This document shows, in pieces, positions 55,576 through 60,941 of a stretch of 60,941 bases of DNA. The notes below the pieces were generated by a model, which ran no database searches, was not told the DNA's origin, and saw nothing but the letters and a program-made list of their open reading frames with translations. The stretch comes from Pseudomonadota bacterium (GTDB lineage: Bacteria > Myxococcota > JACRCW01 > JAFGSX01): assembly GCA_043821645.1 (NCBI GenBank), contig JBDRCO010000020.1:1-60941 (forward strand). The letters run 5' to 3'. A program made the position numbers and the translations under genes. How positions within the stretch are numbered: the stretch's first letter is position 1; each line of letters starts with the position of its first letter.

Positions 55576-56745
55576 ATGGCGCTTTCGCTTATTCGTGTCG
55601 TCGGGCTGCTGCTTGTCTTGTCTGTGCAGGTCGCCTGCGCAGCAGGTCCCACGTACTACGGTGTGCAGTACCAGCTCGACAACAGGCGCGCCCTGGATGG
55701 CGAGCAACAGGCACCACCTGCCACGGCGGCAGAGGTGGTGCAGTCCGCCACCACGGTCGCCTTCTTTCCGCCCGACGCCTGCCGCGAGACCAAGGCCGCG
55801 GGTCCCGGCTCCACCGAAGTCAGCAACGTGCTGCGACTGCAGTGCGGCGTGCTGATGAGCGAGATCGAGGCCGAGGCCGCGCGCGCGGGATTCTCGGTGG
55901 TGTCGTGGCAGACCCTGCGTGGCGGCACGGGCCGTCCCATCGACTACGCGCGCGAGAACAACGTGGACCTGGTGTTCGAGATCAACGAGCTCAGCCTCGA
56001 CATCCCGCCCCAGGATCTGTACGCCTTCACCGACATCCGCTTCTTTCAGAAGCCACACTCGCCTTACGACCCGCCTGCCCCCCTGGTGTTGCGCGACGTG
56101 CAGGCCGCCGGGCAGCGCTGCCAGCAACGTTTTTTGAAAACCCTGGGCGCCAGCGTGGCGGTATCCCTCGATCTGAAGATGGTCTCGGTCAAGGACGGTC
56201 GCGTGCACTGGGTGTACCGCGCCACCCGCGCCGAGGATCCGGATCAGAGCAAGGGTCTGACCCGCACCTACGAGGTGAACTCCGTCGGCAACGACGACAA
56301 CCCCGTGACCACCGTGGGCATGGTTGGCTTGACCCTCGGCGGCGCCTTCGCTCTGGTCGGCGGCATCTTCTGGCTGGTCGCGGAGCCGGGGGATGATCTG
56401 AACAAGGTCGGTGGTCTCATGGCGCCCATCGGTGCCCTGGTCGCCCTGGGCAGCCTGCCCGTGGTGGGGCTGGGCGCCCTCATTGGTAACCAGCCAAGCT
56501 ATCCGGAGCCCGACGCCGTGATCTGCCAGGATGGGTGGATGGCCCTCGAAGACAGACCCGTGGCTGGGCCCACAGCCCCGCCTCAATCGGGCTCCAGCGT
56601 CCAGTTCGCCGAGCAGGCCTCGCTGCGCGACCCGGTGGAAGCCAGGCGCAAGGCTCTGCTGCAATCCGTGATCCGCGACTTCATGGGCCAGCTGCGCGCG
56701 ATGAAGCAGCCGGGCCCCGCAACTCGAGAAAACACTTCAGGTTGA
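55576..56745 (+). CDS. hypothetical membrane-associated lipoprotein
   Basis: GGAG RBS; lipobox VQVAC; two hydrophobic segments near the C-terminus. Confidence 0.75.
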   Translation: MALSLIRVVGLLLVLSVQVACAAGPTYYGVQYQLDNRRALDGEQQAPPATAAEVVQSATTVAFFPPDACRETKAAGPGSTEVSNVLRLQCGVLMSEIEAEAARAGFSVVSWQTLRGGTGRPIDYARENNVDLVFEINELSLDIPPQDLYAFTDIRFFQKPHSPYDPPAPLVLRDVQAAGQRCQQRFLKTLGASVAVSLDLKMVSVKDGRVHWVYRATRAEDPDQSKGLTRTYEVNSVGNDDNPVTTVGMVGLTLGGAFALVGGIFWLVAEPGDDLNKVGGLMAPIGALVALGSLPVVGLGALIGNQPSYPEPDAVICQDGWMALEDRPVAGPTAPPQSGSSVQFAEQASLRDPVEARRKALLQSVIRDFMGQLRAMKQPGPATRENTSG

Positions 56746-56827
56746 GGGTGATTTTATCCAGGGCGGGGACAAGCCAGGTTCTGTCCCCCTCATCACGATA
56801 GGCGATTTTCAACACGGGGAGAGACGA

Positions 56828-58549
56828 ATGCGAAGACGACGCTGTCTGGCTACGGCACTGATGCTTGTCTCAGCTGCACTGGGAGGCTGCGGAGGCTGCG
56901 GCGACGAGACCCTCGAGGACGCCGGCCCAGGCTCCGACGCTGCGCATGCCGATCACGTGGTGCAGGATCTCGCGAGCATCGATCACTCTGGCAGCGATGG
57001 CAGCGTGGTCAGGGACAGCGCCGGCCCGGATCTGGCCACCGCGGACAGCACCGTGCTGCAGGACGCCACGGGGAATGACCTCCTCGCCAGCGACAGCGCG
57101 ACAACCCCGGACAGCGCCAGCAGCGACCTGGCGGTGACCGACACGGCAGCGATGACGGACGCCACCGCGGCCGACGCCGCCTCCGCCGAAGACGCCGCCG
57201 TCGAGGACGCGGCCGCCTTGAGTCCGGTCTCCCTTGTCGTCACCCCGGCAGATCCCTTCATCGCCGCCAGCCACCCGCAGCAGCTCACGGCCACCGGGAC
57301 CTTTGGTGACAGCTCGAGCCGCGACATGACGACGGAGGTCAGCTGGTCGTCGTCGGACGATTCGCTGATCGCGGTCAGTGCCTCGGGCCTGGCAACCTTC
57401 GTCAAGGTCGGGGGGCCCGTGACGCTCACGGCAACCGCGCCGGCCAACCAGGTCAGCGGCAGCGTGACCCACCTGGCGCGCAAGATCGTGTTCGTCACCT
57501 CGACCAGCGGCAGCGCCGATCTGGGCAGCTGGAGTGAGGCCGGGAGCCACACCGGCGTGGCCGCAGGTGATGCCATCTGCCAGGCACGGGCCAGCGCAGC
57601 GGGTCTGGACGGCACCTTCAGGGCCTGGCTATCTGACGACACGAACGACGCCTACTGCCACGTCGCCGGCTTTGCGGGAAAGATGAGCGCCACCTGCGGC
57701 GAGGCCAACCTGCCCACCGAAGGCGGCCCCTGGCTGCGCACGGATGGTTTCCCCTTCGTGGCCTCGCTGACCGATCTCGTGGCCGGTAAGTTGCTGGTCT
57801 CGTTGCGCCTTGACGAGGCCGCCAACGCCTTCACGTGGGCGCGATCTTTCACCGGGACCATGTCCAGCGGTGACCTGGACGCCACGGGCTCGTGCAGCGC
57901 CTGGACCAGCACCACGGCGCTCTCGGTCAAGGTGGGCGACATCACCTGGACCACCACAGGCTGGGGAGCGACCAACGGTTCCTGCAGCGATACCAACCAC
58001 CTGATCTGCTTCGAGCTGGGGAGCGGCGAGCCCCTGCCGGACTTCGCACAGGACGGCAAGAAGGCCTTTGTCACCACCGTCTCCGGCACGGGCGATCTGT
58101 CGAGCTGGGGTGACGCGGCTGGCCAGACGGGTGTCGCCGCTGCGGACGCGGTGTGCCAGGCCCAGGCCGGTGAGGCAAGCCTGAGCGGCAGCTTCAAGGC
58201 CTGGCTGTCCACGAGCAGCGTCGATGCCATCGATCGCTTCACCAGTGATGGGCCCTGGGTCACCCTGGACGGCGTGCTGATCGCCTCCAGCAAGGCGGAC
58301 CTCACCGACAACTGGCTGTTCACGTCGATCAACAGAACGACCGATGGCCACTACTTGTCGGCGGACAGTGTGAGAACCGGCACCGGAAGCGACGGCGTCC
58401 ACACGAGCGACAACTGCCAGGACTGGACCAGTGCCTCCAGTGGTGACTCGTGCAGCGTCGGCGCCGCCAACAGCACGGGCAGTGGCTGGACCTCGTCGTA
58501 TGCCGGGACCTGCAGCGCGATGCAGAGGCTGTACTGCCTGGAAGACTGA
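56828..58549 (+). CDS. lipoprotein with Big_2 (Ig-like) and two DUF1554 (endostatin-like) domains
   Basis: Lipobox LGGC; 'QLTATGTF.D...V.WSSSD'; two 'FVT...G...GVAA.DA.CQ...F.AWLS...GPW...L.C.E' modules. Confidence 0.85.
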   Translation: MRRRRCLATALMLVSAALGGCGGCGDETLEDAGPGSDAAHADHVVQDLASIDHSGSDGSVVRDSAGPDLATADSTVLQDATGNDLLASDSATTPDSASSDLAVTDTAAMTDATAADAASAEDAAVEDAAALSPVSLVVTPADPFIAASHPQQLTATGTFGDSSSRDMTTEVSWSSSDDSLIAVSASGLATFVKVGGPVTLTATAPANQVSGSVTHLARKIVFVTSTSGSADLGSWSEAGSHTGVAAGDAICQARASAAGLDGTFRAWLSDDTNDAYCHVAGFAGKMSATCGEANLPTEGGPWLRTDGFPFVASLTDLVAGKLLVSLRLDEAANAFTWARSFTGTMSSGDLDATGSCSAWTSTTALSVKVGDITWTTTGWGATNGSCSDTNHLICFELGSGEPLPDFAQDGKKAFVTTVSGTGDLSSWGDAAGQTGVAAADAVCQAQAGEASLSGSFKAWLSTSSVDAIDRFTSDGPWVTLDGVLIASSKADLTDNWLFTSINRTTDGHYLSADSVRTGTGSDGVHTSDNCQDWTSASSGDSCSVGAANSTGSGWTSSYAGTCSAMQRLYCLED

Positions 58550-58783
58550 GGTCGGTGCTCGGAGCGAGCGAGGAGTCAAGAACTCGAGGTGCGAGAGCAG
58601 CCCAGGTGAAGGGCGCTACCAGGTGACTTCACGCCAGGTTCGAGGTTCGGAGGCCCTCCTGGGCGGCCATCGCTTCACTCGTCGGGATGCTCCCACGGGG
58701 CCAGGTCTCTTGCATGAATCGCAATCCGTTGATGGCTGCAACACGTCATCAGGTCCACCTGTCACGCGCCAGCCTGCCTGCAC

Positions 58784-60070
58784 CTAGCGCCCTGCACTCT
58801 CCCAGATGGCGAGCCGGCTGAAGGTGGCGTCGCGGTCGGCGCCGACGCTGACGATGGCGACCGGGGTACGCAGGAACTCCTCGATGCGCGAGATGTAGGT
58901 GATGGCGTTGGCCGGCAGCTCGCTCCAGGCCCGGGCACCGGTGGACGGCTGGCTCCAGCCCGGATGTTCTTCGTACACCGGCTCCACCTGGTCGAGCTGG
59001 CGCACGCTGGCCGGAAAACCCGCGTAGTCCTTGCCGTCTATGCGGTAGCCGACGCAGACCTTGAGGGTGTCGAAGCCGTCGAGCACATCGAGCTTGGTGA
59101 TGGCCAGCTGGGTCAGGCCGTTGACTTGCACCGCGTAGCGCAGGGCCACCAGGTCGAGCCAGCCGCAGCGACGCGGGCGACCGGTGGTGGTTCCGAACTC
59201 GTTGCCCGCGGCGCGCAGGCGCTCACCCACTGCGTCCTCGAGCTCGGTGGGAAAGGGACCGCTGCCGACGCGGGTGGTGTAGGCCTTGGTCACGCCCACC
59301 ACCGCACCGATGCGCGTCGGTCCGACGCCGGCACCGATGCAGGCGCCGCCTGCGGTGGGGCTCGACGACGTCACGAAGGGATAGGTGCCGTGGTCCACGT
59401 CGAGCAAGGTGCCCTGGGCGCCCTCGAACAGTACCCGCTGCCCCTGGTCCAGGCGGCCGTTGACCAGGGCCACGCTGTCGCAGATGTGCGGCCTCAGCCG
59501 CGCGTACATGTCGAGCAGGTGCCGCGCCAGGCTCGCCGCGGTCCACGTGGTGGCGCCGAGATCGGCGGCGTGCTCGTCGAGGTGGCGGCCCAGCTGCTCG
59601 GTCAGGTGCACCGGGTCGATGGGGTCGCCGACGCGGATGCCGCTGCGGATGACCTTGTCGCGGTAGGCCGGGCCTATGCCTCGACCCGTGGTGCCGATCT
59701 TGGAGCTGCCCTTTTTCTCCTCGCTGCGCTGATCCAGCTCGCGGTGGGTAGGTAGGATGTAGTGGGCCCGGCTCGACACCTTGAGCCGCGCAGTGTCGAC
59801 ACCCTTGTGCTCCAGTCCGTCGAGTTCGGCGATCAACTCCTCGGGATCGACGACGACACCGTTCCCCAGCACGCACAGCTTTTGCTGGTAGAGCATGCCC
59901 GAGGGGATGAGGTGGAACTTGTAGGTCTCGGGCCCGACCACGATGGTGTGGCCGGCGTTGTTGCCGCCCTGGTAGCGCACCACCACGTCGGCGTCGTGCG
60001 CCAGCACGTCGGTGATCTTGCCCTTGCCCTCGTCTCCCCACTGCGCTCCGACGATGACCACCGCTGGCAT
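58784..60070 (-). CDS. purA: adenylosuccinate synthase
   Basis: GAQWGDEGKGK, GGNNAGHT, GTTGRGIGPAY, FEGAQG, GTTTGRPRRCGW. Confidence 0.99.
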   Translation of the reverse strand: MPAVVIVGAQWGDEGKGKITDVLAHDADVVVRYQGGNNAGHTIVVGPETYKFHLIPSGMLYQQKLCVLGNGVVVDPEELIAELDGLEHKGVDTARLKVSSRAHYILPTHRELDQRSEEKKGSSKIGTTGRGIGPAYRDKVIRSGIRVGDPIDPVHLTEQLGRHLDEHAADLGATTWTAASLARHLLDMYARLRPHICDSVALVNGRLDQGQRVLFEGAQGTLLDVDHGTYPFVTSSSPTAGGACIGAGVGPTRIGAVVGVTKAYTTRVGSGPFPTELEDAVGERLRAAGNEFGTTTGRPRRCGWLDLVALRYAVQVNGLTQLAITKLDVLDGFDTLKVCVGYRIDGKDYAGFPASVRQLDQVEPVYEEHPGWSQPSTGARAWSELPANAITYISRIEEFLRTPVAIVSVGADRDATFSRLAIWESAGR

Positions 60071-60300
60071 GTCGCACCCCGCGTGCGCGCCTTGCAGGTC
60101 CCGGTGTGGCGATCTGTGGGGCCCTGGCGCGCCCGGGCATTGAGCCCCGATCTTGGCGCACCGGTCAATCCCTCCGGCACGCCCCGCTGCACCGCAGCAA
60201 GCCCTGACATAACGAAGAGTTGGTGAATCGCGTCAGACGCCACTAGGCAAGACCTGGGCAGCGATGTTAGACGGCGCCCATCCACCACGACGGGGTGCGC

Positions 60301-60941
60301 GTGACCGAGCTGGGCCACAGCGGACTCGATATCGACCTGGGCGATCGCTGCTCACACGACGCCTATGCGTGGGCGCGTCGCAGCTTCGGCCAGCGCCAGG
60401 GGCGCGCGGGCGAGATCATCGACCTCGACGCCTCGTTCAGCACCGGGCTGCGCTTCGGCGCCGAGCGCCTGGCCATGACCTCTGACGGCATAGGCACCAA
60501 GGTCGAGCTGGCCGAGCGCTGCGGCGTCTACGACAGCCTGGGCCACGACCTGGTGGCCATGGTGGTCGACGACCTGGTGTGCAATGGCGTCGAGCCCTGC
60601 GCCCTGAGCAACATCCTCGACGTGGACAGGCTGCACGAGCCCACGGTGGATGCCCTGATGCGCGGCCTGCACGACGCTGCAGCCCTGGCCCGGGTGGCGG
60701 TGGTGGGCGGCGAGATCGCCGAGCTGGGGACGCGGATCGGTGGCTGGGGCCCGGGCATGCACTTCAACTGGTGCGCCACGGCCCTGGGTGTGCTGCCCGG
60801 CGGACGCACGCCCGTCGACGGCAGCCGCGTCGAGGTGGGCGACGCGGTGCTGGCCCTGCACAGCGTGGGCTTTCGCAGCAATGGCTTCTCGCTGGCGCGG
60901 CGCATCCTGCAGCGCCAGTTCGGCGAGCGCTGGCACGAGGA
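60301..60941 (+). CDS. purM: phosphoribosylformylglycinamidine cyclo-ligase (AIR synthase), partial
   Basis: Hand translation from GTG 60301: ...TSDGIGTK...GHDLVAMVVDDLVCNGVEP...VGGEIAEL...GDAVLALHSVGFRSNGFSLAR; runs off the window end. Confidence 0.9.
   Translation, partial: MTELGHSGLDIDLGDRCSHDAYAWARRSFGQRQGRAGEIIDLDASFSTGLRFGAERLAMTSDGIGTKVELAERCGVYDSLGHDLVAMVVDDLVCNGVEPCALSNILDVDRLHEPTVDALMRGLHDAAALARVAVVGGEIAELGTRIGGWGPGMHFNWCATALGVLPGGRTPVDGSRVEVGDAVLALHSVGFRSNGFSLARRILQRQFGERWHE

Noticed and set aside
60168-60180. attR duplicate of the tRNA-Leu 3' end (CCTCCGGCA; also near 23330)
   Set aside because: Only ~9 bp match in GC-rich DNA, beyond purA, and no integrase.
60180-60300. ZTP or purine-related riboswitch upstream of purM/purA
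   Set aside because: Only CCTGGGCA resembles the ZTP 3' end; the GACTGGCG/CGCC pseudoknot elements are missing.

Overview
GC-rich bacterial chromosomal window that looks like Myxococcota/deltaproteobacteria (inferred from a CglB-like VWA lipoprotein, an AgmX/TonB-C protein, PilZ proteins and many Cys-rich lipoproteins). Housekeeping genes (recA with SOS-like boxes, hup, trxB, glmU-like, purA, purM, tRNA-Leu(CAA), CorC/HlyC) are interleaved with accessory blocks. The best candidate for an undescribed system is 25.0-36.8 kb. It holds a ~1,710-aa fusion of two catalytically intact GH13 alpha-amylase domains, a CBM48 module and a radical SAM domain, a divergent FkbM + class I double methyltransferase, two small hypotheticals (one with a CBM21-like tail) and a head-to-head pair of paralogous radical SAM/twitch enzymes with RRE-like N-termini. 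This may be an alpha-glucan tailoring locus. Non-coding highlights: a tandem pair of two-hairpin units with identical loops but exchanged stems (32.27-32.55 kb), a ~130-bp palindromic element present twice, a complete IS5-type element with CTAA duplication that splits a hairpin after hup, and a 161-bp MITE-like element sitting in a CTAG formed by two convergent stop codons. Other oddities: a GlmU with a degenerate uridyltransferase domain, an AmrB-AmrA fusion with a lipoprotein signal, a class III cyclase with Lys->Asn at the specificity site, and a lipoprotein gene broken by an in-frame TAA. All calls come from reading motifs by eye; no searches were run.
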